This document shows positions 51,385 to 62,880 of a stretch of 64,000 nucleotides of DNA, piece by piece. This DNA comes from Chiloscyllium plagiosum (lineage: Eukaryota). Under the pieces are notes generated by a model, which saw only the letters and a program-made list of their open reading frames with translations, had not been told where the DNA came from and made no database searches. Location: NCBI RefSeq assembly GCF_004010195.1, contig NC_057718.1:37809592-37873591 (forward strand), read 5' to 3'. Position 1 is the stretch's first letter, and the number at the start of each line of letters is the position of its first letter. Position numbers and translations under genes: made by a program.

Positions 51385-51590
51385 GTACCAAACCATAGGG
51401 CTGCTCTCTCATTAGAAAGGAACAACTGGTAGTGGTTTAATCTGAGGGTCACCACACCTCCGGTAAGGGGAGAAAGTGACAAGGAGTGTTCATCATAGTA
51501 ACCACAGAGGGTGCAGGAATTTAACCCACATTATTGGCATCACTCTGTATCACAAGCAGCCACAGAGCCAACTGAGCTAACCAAACCCTT
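51385..51590 (-). mobile_element. tRNA-derived SINE (third family)
   Basis: Minus strand GGTTAGCTCAGTTGG A-box and GGGTTAAATTCC B-box-like head, followed by a non-tRNA body. Confidence 0.7.
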
Positions 51591-51617
51591 ACCCCAACAC
51601 TTGACTCCCTTGTAAAT

Positions 51618-51926
51618 GATTAGATTAGATTCCCTACAGTATGGAAACAGGCAAGTCCACATCGATCCTCCAAAAAGTAACCCAACCAGACCCATTCACC
51701 TACATTAAACCCCTCACTAATGCACTAACACTGTGGACAATTTAGCATGGCCAATTCACCTGATCTGCACATCTTTGGACTGTGGGAGGAAACCAGAGAA
51801 CTCGGAGGAAACCCACACAGACACAGGGAAAGAATGTGCAAACTTCACACAGTCACCCGAGGCTAGAATTGAACCGAGGACCCTGGTGCTGTAAGGCAAC
51901 AGTGCTAACCACTTAGCCACTGTGCC
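51618..51926 (-). mobile_element. HE1/V-SINE-type SINE
   Basis: Reverse complement of the family, (TCTAA)n tail. Confidence 0.9.
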
Positions 51927-52111
51927 AGGCCAGTGATCCAACAGATCCAAACATCTGTCTAAGTTTTGAATTACTGAATGATCCTGGTCTCCAACTCTCT
52001 CTGCTGTAATGAATTATAAAGATTTACAAACGTCTGACATAATGAACTCCTCAGGTAGAAGAAATTTCCCAGGTGGAATTTTGTGAAAGTAACAAGTAGA
52101 ATCAGTCATAA

Positions 52112-52237
52112 GGAGAAAGCGAAGACTGCAGATGCTGGAAATCAGAGTCAAAAACAGGGGTGCTGGAAAAGCAAAGCAGGTCAGGCAGCATCCAAGGAGC
52201 AGGAGAGTCGATGTTTCGGGCATAAGCCCTTCATCAG
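52112..52237 (-). mobile_element. Solo Penelope terminal repeat, truncated at the hammerhead core
   Basis: Minus strand begins CTGATGAAGGGCTTATGCCCGAAACATC; flanked by ATCAGTCATAA at 52101-52111 and 52233-52243. Confidence 0.88.
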
Positions 52238-52259
52238 TCATAACCTCATGCCACCTCTT

Positions 52260-52306
52260 TGTGTGAGTGTGAGAGAGAGAGTAAGTGAGAGAGAGAGAGA
52301 GAGAGA
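52260..52306. repeat. (GT)/(GA)n microsatellite
   Basis: gtgtgagtgtgagagagagagtaagtgagagagagagagagagag. Confidence 0.9.
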
Positions 52307-55300
52307 TGTCAACAAGAACAAGGGAATGGATTTCCACTACTTCCCCTTCCCAGTGCTGGGTTTCTTGAGAAGGCACTGAGTGTCATTGAACAAGGGACCA
52401 CTTTCCTAAGAAGGATGAGGCTCTTAAATGGGCATTAACTGCTCACTTAAACATGCCAGTTGGCATCAGGCTGAAAGAATGTCCAACAGCCTTCCATCCT
52501 CAAAGATTCTAGGAAGGGAATAAGCCAAACATGGTTAATCAGGTAAATTAAGGATATCATTGAGGATAAATTAAATTGTAAGAGAAAAACAAACAATGTG
52601 ACAAAGTTTAGTTGTAAGCAAAAGGACGGACAGAATTTTGAGAAACAAAGATGATCCAAAAAAAGGTATAAAATAAACTTTGATGGTAAGCTTGCAAGTA
52701 ACATCAAACTACAAGCAAGAGCTTCTTTAAATTTATATAAAGAAAGAAAGAGCCAAAGTGAACATCGGTCACTTGGAGAATGAGGCTGGGTAAATAACAG
52801 TAGGGAACTAGCAAATGGCAGAGGATTTGAATAAATACTTTGCACCTGTCTTCACAGCATTCCAAAAATATGAAATAATCAAGGGCAAAAGATGGAGAAC
52901 AAATGAATACAAGAACTATCACTGGAGAAAAAGTAATAGGGTAAATAATAGGGCTAAAAGCCATAAAGCCCCTTCGACCTAAGTGGATGTATCTAAGGAT
53001 ATTAAAGGAAGTAGCTATAAAGATAGTGAATGCACTGGTAGTCATCTTTCAAGAATTCTTAGATTCTGGAAAAGTTCCTGAGGCTTGGAAAATGTCAAAG
53101 TAACATCCTTATTCAAAAGGAAAGTAGACAAAAAAACTGATAACTATAGGCCAGTTAGCTTAATATGTGTTATTGGGAATATGTGAGTGTATTATAAAGG
53201 ATGTAAAAGCAGAGCACTTGGAAGCACATAATTTCATAAAGCAGAGTCAGCATGGCTTCATGAAGGGGAAATCACGCCCGTCAGAATTATTACAATTCCA
53301 TGGAGAGGTACAGATAAAGAGAACCCCATGGATATAATATATTTGGACTTCCAGAAGGTATTTAAAAAGGTGGTGCATATAGTATGTTAGCATGGTTAGA
53401 AAATTGGTTAACAGAAGGCAGAGAATTAGAATAATTTCAAGATGGCAACCTGTAACTAATGGAATGCCACAGAGATCAGGGTTGGGGACACAATTATTCA
53501 TAATAGATAAGTGACTTAGATGAGGAAAGTAAACATACTATAGCCAAGTTTGCAGATGACACAAAAATACATGGAAAGTCAAGTGGTAAGAACAAAGAAC
53601 AAAGAAAATTACAGCACAAGAACAGGCCTTTCGGCCCTCCAAGCCTGCATCGATCCAGATCCTCTATCTAAACCTGTCACTTATTTTCTAAGGGTCTGTA
53701 TTCCTTTGCTCCCTACCCATTCATGTATCTGTCTAGAAACATTTTAAATGACGCTATCGTGTCCACCTCTACCACTCCGCTGGTAACGCAATCCAGGCAC
53801 CAACCCTCTTCTAAGTAAAGACCTTTCCACGCACATCTCTGCTGAAATTTTCCCCTCTCAATTTGAACTCGTGACCCCTAGTAATTGAGTCCCCAAATGT
53901 CGGAAAAAGCTTCTTGCTTTCCACCCTGTTTATACCTCTCATGATATTGTAGACCTCAGTCAGGTCCCCCCTTAACCTCTGTCTTCCTAATGAAAATAAT
54001 CCTGATCTAGTCAACCTCTCTTCATAGCTAGTGCCCTCCATACTAGGCAACATCCTAGTGAACCTCCTCTGCACCCTCTCCAAAGCATCCACATCCTTTT
54101 GGTAATGTGACGACCAGAACTGTATGCACTATTCCAAATGTGGCCGAACCAAAGTCTTATACAACTATAATCTGACTTGCCAATTCTTGTACTTAATACC
54201 CCGTCCGATGAAGGAGAGCATGCCATATGCCTTCTTGACCTGCATTGCCACCTTCAGAGGACAATGGACCTGAAAACCCAGATTTCTCTGTACATCAACT
54301 TTCCCCAGCACTTTTCCATTAAGTGTATAGTTCGCTCTTGGATCTTCTAAAATGCATCACCTCACATTTACCTGGATTGAACTCCATCTGCCATTTCTCT
54401 GCCCAACTTTCCAAACTATCTATATTCTGCTACATTCTCTGACAGTCCCCTTCACTATCTGCTACTCCACCAATCTTAGTGTCATCTGCAAACTTGCTAA
54501 TCAGACCACCTATACCTCCTTCCAAATCATTTATATATATCACAAGCAACAGTGGTCCCAGCACGGATCCCTGTCACAGGTCCCCATTTTGAGAAACTCC
54601 TTTCCACTACTACTCTCTGTCTCCTGTTGCCCAGCCAGTTCTTTATCCATCTAGCTAGTATGCCCTGAAAGCAATTTCACTTTCTCCATCAGCCTACATG
54701 GCGAACCTTACTGAAGTCCATGTATATGACATCTGCAGCCCTTCGCTCATCAATCAACTTTGTCACTTCCTCAAATAATTCTATTAAGTTGGTAAGACAT
54801 GACCTTTCCTGCACAAAACCATGTTGCCTATCACTGATAAGCCCATTTTCTTCCAATTGGGAATAGATCCTATCTCTCCGAATAGATCCTATCCCTCAGA
54901 ATTTTCTGTAGAAGCTTCCCTACCACTGATGTCAGGCTCACCCGTATATAAGTACCTGGATTATTCCTGCTACCTTTCTTAAACAAGGGCACAACATTAA
55001 CAATTCTCCAGTCCTCTGGGACCTCACCTGTGTTCAAGGATACTGCAAAGATATCTGTTAAGGCCACAGCTATTTCCTCTCTCGCTTCCCTCAATAACCT
55101 GGGGTAGATCCCATCCTGACCTGGGGACTTGTCCACCTTAATGCCTTTAAGAATACCCAACACTTCCTCCTTCCTTATGTCAAGTTGACCAAGAGTAATC
55201 AAATATCTACCCCTAACCTCAACATCCGTCAAGTCCCTCTCCTCGGCGAATACTGATGCAAAGTACTCGTTAAGAATCTCACCCATTTCCTCTGACTCCA

Positions 55301-55325
55301 CGTATAACCTTCCTCCACGTATAAC

Positions 55326-55883
55326 TAACAAACTTTAAAGACCCAGTACAACTCATGGACAAAACCAACGTCATCTCCAAAATTCCATGCGAGGATTGCC
55401 ACAAACACTACATAGGACAAACAGGAAGAAAGTTAGCCACCAGGTTACATGAACACCAGCTAGCCACAAAAGGACATTCCCCTCTCTCCCTCGTAGCCCT
55501 ACACACGGATGAAAAAAAAACCACCATTCTGACTGGGACAACACATCTATCCTGGGACAGGCTAAGCAAAGACATCAGAGAATTCCTAGAGGCCTGACAC
55601 TCCAACCACAACGCCATAAACAAACACATAGATCCAGATACCATCTATCAACCCCTCGGAAAACGAACAGGAAATGACATCACCACAAACCCCAGGAACC
55701 CCATCCAGGACAAACATATAAATAGAAAGCAGGAGACAACAGCTTCGCTTCACTTGGAGGTCGCCACTGATGATGTTACCTAGCCAGGTAATGAAACATC
55801 TGGATACCAAACCTACAGATCAGCGAGCAAACCTACACCCTAAACCTCAATCTGAGCTACAAACCTTCACAAACCTTGCAAAA
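55326..55883 (+). mobile_element. 5'-truncated Penelope-like element (GIY-YIG + terminal repeat)
   Basis: KTNVISKIPCEDCHKHYIGQTGRKLATRLHEH; flanked by ATAAC(C/T)TTCCTCC at 55304-55316 and 55884-55896. Confidence 0.93.
55762..55804 (+). ncRNA. Hammerhead-ribozyme-like motif in the Poseidon-like terminal repeat
   Basis: CUGAUGA-U-GUUACC(UAGCCA)GGUAAU-GAAA-CAUC; homologous decayed motifs at ~24897-24932 (+) and ~23968-24004 (-). Confidence 0.65.
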
Positions 55884-56719
55884 ATAACTTTCCTCCTTTG
55901 TCCTTGAGTAGGCCAACCCATTCTCTAGTTACCCTCTTGCTCCTTATATTTAAGGATGACACAAAGAGTCTGTAGAGGGATACAGACAGGTTAAGCAAAC
56001 GGGCAAAAAAATTCATACATTGAATATAATGTGGGAAAGGAAAAGACATTATGCACTTTGGAAAGAAGTGCAAAGAAGCCAAACGTTAATTAAATGTAGG
56101 AAGACTGCAGAAAGCTGCTGCTTAGAGGGGTTTGGGAGTACTCCTCCATACATTAAATAAAGCTAGCATATATGTTTAGCAGGAGGTAAATGGAATGCAG
56201 GCCTTTGTTTCAAAGGAAATGTAGTACAAAACAGGCAAATCTTGCTAAACTTATACAAAACACTAGTTAGACAACACTTAGACTATTGTGATCATTTTGG
56301 TCCCCTTATCTAAGAAAAGATATACTGACATTGCAGTCAGTTTAGAAATGGTTCACTTGGTTGATCCTGGGTATGGAGGATTGTTTTACAAGGAAAGATT
56401 GAGTAGGTTGGGCTTATATTCATTGGCATTCAGAAGAATTGAGAGGTAATGTTATTGAAACATATAAGATTCTTACAGGGCTTGACAGGACAGATGCAGA
56501 GTGGCTGTTTCTCCTTGTGGGATAATCTAGGACTAGAGAACTGGCAAAGTAAGGAACCGCTAATTGGAAGGATGTTGTGAAACTTGAAAGGGTTCAGAAA
56601 AGATTTACAAAGATGTTGCCAAATTGGAGGGTTTGAGCTACAGGAAGAGGGTGAATAGACTGAGGTCTTTTCTCCAGGAATGGGAGTGTCCAAAACTAAA
56701 GGGCATAGGTTTAAGGTGA

Positions 56720-57480
56720 GATGGTAGCCATTCTACCTAAATGGATAACCTCACATTTTCCTTCATTATATTCCATTGGCCAAATCTTTACCAAATCACT
56801 TTATCTCTATCCCTTTTCAGACTCTGATTGTTCCTCACAAATTGCTTCCCATTTGTGCAACCAACAAATGTTGCTCTAATACACTGTTCTTTCATCTAGG
56901 TCATTCATACAGATTAAATTGTTGAAGCCCCTGTAGCACGCCATGAGTTGCAGTTTTCTAACCTGAAAATGATCCATTTATCCCAACACTTTGCTTCCTG
57001 ATTGTTACTCCTCTTCCATGCTAATATACTCATCATGAGCTCTTAGCTTGTATAATAAAAACTTATAGGAGAAAGTGAGGTCTGCAGATGCTGGAGATCA
57101 AAGTTGAAACTTTATTGCTGGAACAGCACAGCAGGTCAGGCAGCATCCAGGGAACAGGAGATTCGACGTTTCGGGCACAGGCCCTTCTTCAGGATTCCTG
57201 AAGAAGGGCCTGTGCCCGAAACGTCGAATCTCCTGTTCCCTGGATGCTGCCTGACCTGCTGTGCTGTTCCAGCAATAAAGTTTCAACTAATAAAAACTTA
57301 TGCCACTTTATCAAATGCCTTTGGAAATCCAAATATGTCACATGAAATATGATTTCCCTTCCATAAGACAATGTAATATGAACATGATTTGAATTCCTAA
57401 ACGTTGTACTATCGCTTTCTCAATTGTTGACTCCAGCAGTCTCCCAATGCAACATTATCAGTCAAACTGGCCTAGTTTCT
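56720..57480 (-). mobile_element. Old CR1 LINE fragment, host of the second palindrome
   Basis: Antisense YLDFQ.AFDKV-like sequence at 57300-57340. Confidence 0.7.
57067..57287 (-). mobile_element. Penelope terminal-repeat fold-back insertion; 187-bp palindrome (1-nt centre) + ~36-nt tail, 14-bp TSD
   Basis: 57102-57288 is self-complementary about T57195; arms identical to the 44603 copy; TSD TAATAAAAACTTAT at 57053-57066 and 57288-57301. Confidence 0.95.
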
Positions 57481-57786
57481 AACTATCTGACAACATCCTG
57501 GTGAATTTCATCTGCACCCTCTCTACTGCAGTCAATTCCTGCCTGTAATATATACAGTTCTGGTTGCCACAGAACTCTAGCCAATTCCTACCTAACATAC
57601 AGTGCCATCAAAACTTCTCTGCTTTTGTATTCAGTGCTTCAACTAATAAAGGCAAGTAGCCCATATGCCTTCTTAGCCACTTTATCAAAATGTCCGTTAC
57701 TCACAAGAATTTGTGGTCATATGTATATTGAGATTGAAACAGTCTGTGCTAGCCACTACATCCTATTTGATCTTGAACTGATTTGC

Positions 57787-58075
57787 CTTTTTTAATTTCA
57801 AAAATATACTTTATTCTTTAAAAATCTGTGTAATATATATCACAAATGCAGTTCTGCTCTGTACAATATCATATCAAGGAAACAAATAAAACATTGGAGT
57901 TTGACTCTATCCAAAATAAAAGACCTCTCTCACACACACACAATACTATATTTACATACATGTGAGGTACCAGGAGGGTCCAGTAATTAAACTGACCCTC
58001 AATTAACTTCAGCAGGAAGACCTCAGACAGTGGTCTTACCCCATTGCATCTTGGCTGCAGCTGCCCCAAGCTTGT
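57787..58075 (-). mobile_element. L1/Tx1-clade LINE 3' end
   Basis: Minus strand KLGAAAAKMQWGKTTV* C-terminus, then 3'UTR, AATAAA and A-tail; a second tail copy follows at 58083-58168. Confidence 0.7.
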
Positions 58076-58689
58076 CTAACACTTTTTTTTATTTCAAAAA
58101 TATGCTTTATTCATTAAAAATGTCTTATGTATATACATTGTCACAAATGCAGTTTGGTTCTTTACAGTAGTCGAAAAGTATGGTGCTGGAAAAAGCATAG
58201 CAGGTCAGGTAGCATCCGAGGAGCAGGAAAGTCAACATTTTAGGCATTGATCGGTAACCAGTTGGCTTGATTGGTACCCCATTAATCTTTTTGACCATTC
58301 ACTCCCATCATTGGTGGACAATGGCTGTAGAGTGTACCACGTATAAAATGCAGTGCAGTGACTCACCAAGTCTCCTTGCTACAGAATTTATATGAATTAT
58401 CCGTATGTCTTTGTGATACATTTCCTCTGGCAACCTTGGCGAAATAATGACTTTTAAATGCGTTAGGAGGTGGCATTGATCTAGTTAGTTAATTTTTTGG
58501 TGAAATACTCACGCAATTTCTCACTATCACATTCTTTGGGCCACCCATCTGTGACTTGGTTGAGCACATCACTGTCCACCGGACCCTTTAAGTTTCTTCA
58601 TTAATTTCGCTGACAGACACTGGCATGCTAATTGTGAATATAAAGTTATTTACAAGTAACTCAGGCTAGAAATCGAGCAGTCCTCATGG

Positions 58690-58920
58690 GAAATCTAAAT
58701 GGAATGTCTACATTTGCATGATCTGCTGACTAATGATCTGTAATATCTGTAATCTGAAGCACCAGAAAAATCAACACCTATCTCTGAAGCCACAGTGCTG
58801 CCACTAGGAATGGTAGTCCTTTCTTTAAAGCAAGTATGATTGCAAGGGCTTGGTGGTCAGTTAACATAGTGAACTTCCTACTGTATAAGCACGTACGGAA
58901 TTTTAAGCTCTTTCTCAGCT
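58690..58920 (-). mobile_element. Gypsy LTR-retrotransposon pol relic (RNase H)
   Basis: LYSRKFTMLTDHQALAIIL..KKGLP..VAA..LQR followed by DHANVD; matches the Gypsy F.L.TDH..L...ARLQRW...H.NAD motif. Confidence 0.75.
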
Positions 58921-59689
58921 TTCGGATCACCTTACTCAGACTTTGTTCAAGTGTGAAGCATTTGTTACAGACTTCTCTACATTTATTCCACATGCAAGTA
59001 ACAGCACTTTTTACCTGCTCTATTTTGTTGTTAATACCTAATTAATATAAAATAGCATATACGCTAACTCAACATGACTGATGAGATATGGTGCAGAAAA
59101 GGTAACTGGAATTATTTATCAAACTAATTGACAAATGAAAAGCTGATGCTGTCAGTTCTTCATAATGTCATCAATGTAGAAAATAGGCTTGTGTCAGATA
59201 TCGAAGGCAATATTCTGGAATAAAGTAGTTAAAAAGCAGTGAGATTCTATATTGGAAAACTGCAGGGTCTTTCAGGTTAGGCAAGCCAGCTGAGTCAGTT
59301 TGTCATGGGACAAGAATCTGTGCCATAGGCATGTAAGAGATCCTGAGTCAAGAGTGTGGCACTGGAGAAGCACAGCAGGTCAGGCTTGCTTCTGAGCAGC
59401 AGGAAAACCGATGTTTCAGGCAAAAGCCACATGTACGTAAATATAGTATTGTATGTGTGAGAGGGGTTTTTTTTGGATAGAGTCAAACTCCAATCTTTTG
59501 TTTGTTTCCTTGATATGATACTGTACAGAGCAGAACTGCATTTATAAGATGTATATTACACAGAGTTTTTAAGAATAAAGTATAGTTTTGTAATTAAAAA
59601 AAGGCAAATCAGTTCAAGATCAAATAGGATGGAGTGGCTGCCACAGTGGCTGGCTGTTTCAATCTCAATATACATATGACCATAAATTC

Positions 59690-60330
59690 TTGTGAGCAAC
59701 GGGACATTTTGATAAAGTGGCTAAGAAGGCATATGGGCTACTTGCCTTTATTAGCTAAAGCACTGAATACAAAAGCAGAGAAGTTTTGATGGCACTGTAT
59801 GTCAGGTAGGAATTGGCTTGAGTACTGTGGCAACCACAACTGTACATATTACAGGCAGGAATTGACTGCAATAGAGAGGGTGCAGATGAAATTCACCAGG
59901 ATGTTGCCTTGTCAGAGGTGTTTCTGCAATGCAGAGAAACTCTCTGGTCTACAGTTGTTTTCCTTAGAACAGAGCAGGCTGAGGGGGAAACCTGACTGAC
60001 GTAAAAAGTTATAAAGGGGTATAGAAAGGAAGAAAAACTTTCCTGAGTACAGAGATCAATAATCAAAGGGATAGATTTAATGTAAATGACAGGAGATTTA
60101 GATAGGAATTATGAAATCCTTTTTCACCCATAGGATGCTGGGTATCTGGAACTCACCTTCTGAAAGGCTGGGAGAAGCAAGAACCATCACTGCATTTAAG
60201 TAGTATTTAGATAATCATTTGAGGCATCATAGGCACAAGCCAAAAGCTGGAAACTGACTAGATGGTGGTTGATGACCAGCATTAACACAATGAGTCTCCT
60301 TTCATGTTGTTAAACTGTAAAACTCTATGA
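59690..60330 (+). mobile_element. Old CR1 LINE 3' portion
   Basis: AIERVQMKFTRMLP, LQLFSLEQ.RLRG; tail ACTCTATGA. Confidence 0.82.
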
Positions 60331-61026
60331 TGGGTGGGGTTAATACCTAGAGTTTGATGGTTGTGAACTTTACAATATTTAAATGGAAGGACCTCCTGCT
60401 TGTCCAATACTGGATGTTGAACAAGCAGCATGACAAAAGTAGATTGATCTGGGAAACCGGTGGTGAGTTAGAGATGGATGATATCAACATTCATTTTAAC
60501 TTGTAATTCCAACATTTGTGGCTTTGGATGTAAATTAACTGGCTGTTTGGAAAGAGAAATAGCAATGGAACTTAAGGCCTTGTAGTGTCAAAGAAACTAC
60601 AAAAACAGACTGGACTGTGATCTGTGACTACAAAGGTAACAAAGGGCTGACAATCCCTGGCCCAAAGAGCAGACACAATCACAGCAGTTAAAAAGCCAGT
60701 TTTGACAACACTGTGAAGGGCACTAGTGGGACTGTATATTTTGGTGTGTACCAGCTTGGTTTTGAATGCACACATGCTGTGAAGGTTACAGTTAAAGAAC
60801 TATTCCCAGGTTATCCTTACACTGCAGGTACAGAATTTCCCACAGAGTGCTACAGGAGATAAAAAAAGGAAATAGGACAATAAAAAGACACTCACCCTGA
60901 ATGCTAGAATTCAAGGATAGTTGAAAAGAAATAAAAATACAGAATCTCAAATAATCTGCAAAAGGAATGTGAAATCAATTGTTCAACGAACAATAATGTC
61001 TATTGTAAGACACATTTTACTATATG

Positions 61027-61438
61027 GCAAAGTGAGGTCTGCAGATGCTGGAGATCAGAGCTGAAAATGTGTTGCTGGAAAAGCGCAGCAGGTCAGGCAG
61101 CATCCAGGGAACAGGAGAATCGACGTTTCGGGCATAAGCCCTTCTTCAGGAATGAGGAAAGTTTGTCCAGCAGGCTAAGATAAAAGGTAGGGAAGAGGTA
61201 CTTGGGGGAGGGGCGTTGGAAATGTGATAGGTGGAAAGAGGTAAAGGTGAGGTCCAAAGACCTGCATATCCTTGGTGGAGTGGGAGGGGGAGTTGAAATG
61301 TTGAGCCACAGGGTGGTTGGGTTGCCTGCTGGACAAACTTTCCTCATTCCTGAAGAAGGGCTTATGCCCGAAACGTCGATTCTCCTGTTCCCTGGATGCT
61401 GCCTGACCTGCTGCGCTTTTCCAGCAACACATTTTCAG
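61027..61438 (-). mobile_element. Penelope fold-back insertion: 116-bp perfect inverted arms, 148-bp spacer with GIY-YIG remnant, 16-bp TSD
   Basis: Arms 61060-61175 and 61324-61439; spacer encodes NHPVAQHFNSPSHSTKDMQV on the minus strand; TSD CACATTT(T/A)ACTATATG at 61011-61026 and 61439-61454. Confidence 0.94.
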
Positions 61439-61971
61439 CACATTTAACTATATGTTCTTCGCTAATAATTCAGAGACTAATGCATTTTTAAAAACTTTTA
61501 TCTTTTTTTAATTCATCTCATTTCTAATGTGTGTTGCATTGCTGTTTTTTTCTTGCATATCTTACAAATTTATTTTAATTCAAGGGAACCTAAATGAATT
61601 GGCTGCTTTTAAAACACAAGTTCATGTCTGGGAGAAGGGTATCCATAATTGACCCTTTTTAACCAAGGCAATGGTGAATAAAGATAGGGATGCAGGTCAT
61701 CCCTCATCTGGGAACTGAACAACTTGGGGTATTCTATCCAGAATTGTAATAAATGAAGGAATCTCGTGTGGGTTCTAGACATAACAAGTTTCAGATAACA
61801 TAATTGAAGAACTGCGTGTAAATGACAAACAGGATATGCCAAGAAAGATCTGTGGGGGAGCGCCTGGCAACCACGAGAGAGAAGCCATTATTGGAGTGTT
61901 TCTGGCTACATCTGGACAAATAAAAATGGAAGCAAAGATGGGCAGTCTAACCCACCTGGACACTGTAGAAA

Positions 61972-62880
61972 GAGTCACAGAATCATAGAGATGGACACGC
62001 GATCCTTCGGTCCAACTCATCCATGCCGACCAGATATCCTAAATTAATCCAGTCCCATTTGCCAGCACTTGGCCCATATCTGTCTTAACCCTTACTATTC
62101 ATACATCCATCCAGGAGCCTTTTAAATGCTGTTATTGTACCAGCCTATACCACGTCCTCTGGCAGCTCACTCCATACAAGCACTACCCTTTGCGTAAAAA
62201 CGTTTTTCCTTAGGTCCCTTTTAAATCCTTCCCCTCTCACCCTAAACCTTTCCCTCTAGTTTCGGACTCCCCCAACCCAGGGAAAAGACCTTGTCTACTT
62301 ACCCCATCTACGTCCCTCATAATTCTATACACCTCTATCAGATCACCCCTCAAGTCTCAGATGCTCCAGGGAAATCAATCCCAGTCTATTCATCCTATAG
62401 CCTCAAATCCTCCAACCCTGGCAACATCCTTGTAGATCTTTTCTAATCCCTTCCAGGTTTCATAACATCCTTCCAATAGGAGGGAGACCAGAAGTGCATG
62501 CAATATTCCAAACATAGTCTAATCAATGTCCTGTTCAGCTGCAACATGACCTCCAAACTCCTATACTCAATGGTCTGACCAAGGAAAGCATACTAAATGC
62601 CTTCTTCACTATCCTAAGTGCCTGAGACTCAATTTTCAAGGAATTATGAACCTGCACTTCAGAGTCTGTGTTCAACAACACTCACCAGGACCTTACTATT
62701 AAATGTATAAGACCTGCCCTGATTTGCCCTTCCAAAATACAGCATTTTTATCTAAATTCAACTTCATCTGCCACTCAGGTTCCCATTGTACTTTGAGATA
62801 GCCTTCTTTGCTGTCCACTACATCTCCAATCTTACTAACTAAACCTCCTACGGTCACATCCAAATCATTTATATGACAAA
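61972..62880 (-). mobile_element. CR1 LINE 3' portion, followed by an inverted 130-bp copy of its own interior
   Basis: Reverse complement of the 1715-2490 family; 62887-63016 is the reverse complement of 62181-62310. Confidence 0.9.

Larger units (their letters stand above)
53590..55950 (-). mobile_element. Younger CR1 LINE, antisense, itself interrupted by a Penelope fragment
   Basis: ORFs 54870..55331 (KSPGQDGIYPRLL, PEDWRI.NVVPLFKKG) and 53811..54092; tail (TTCTTTG)n. Confidence 0.93.
52480..56540 (+). mobile_element. Old CR1 LINE split by nested insertions (host parts 52480-53590 and 55951-56540)
   Basis: QHGFMKGKS and KFADDTK end at ...AAGTGGTAAG (53590); the RT resumes at TAAGGATGACACAAAGAGTCTG (55951). 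Confidence 0.87.

Noticed and set aside
54861..54897. Short tandem duplication GAATAGATCCTATC inside a CR1
   Set aside because: Ordinary slippage mutation in a dead element.
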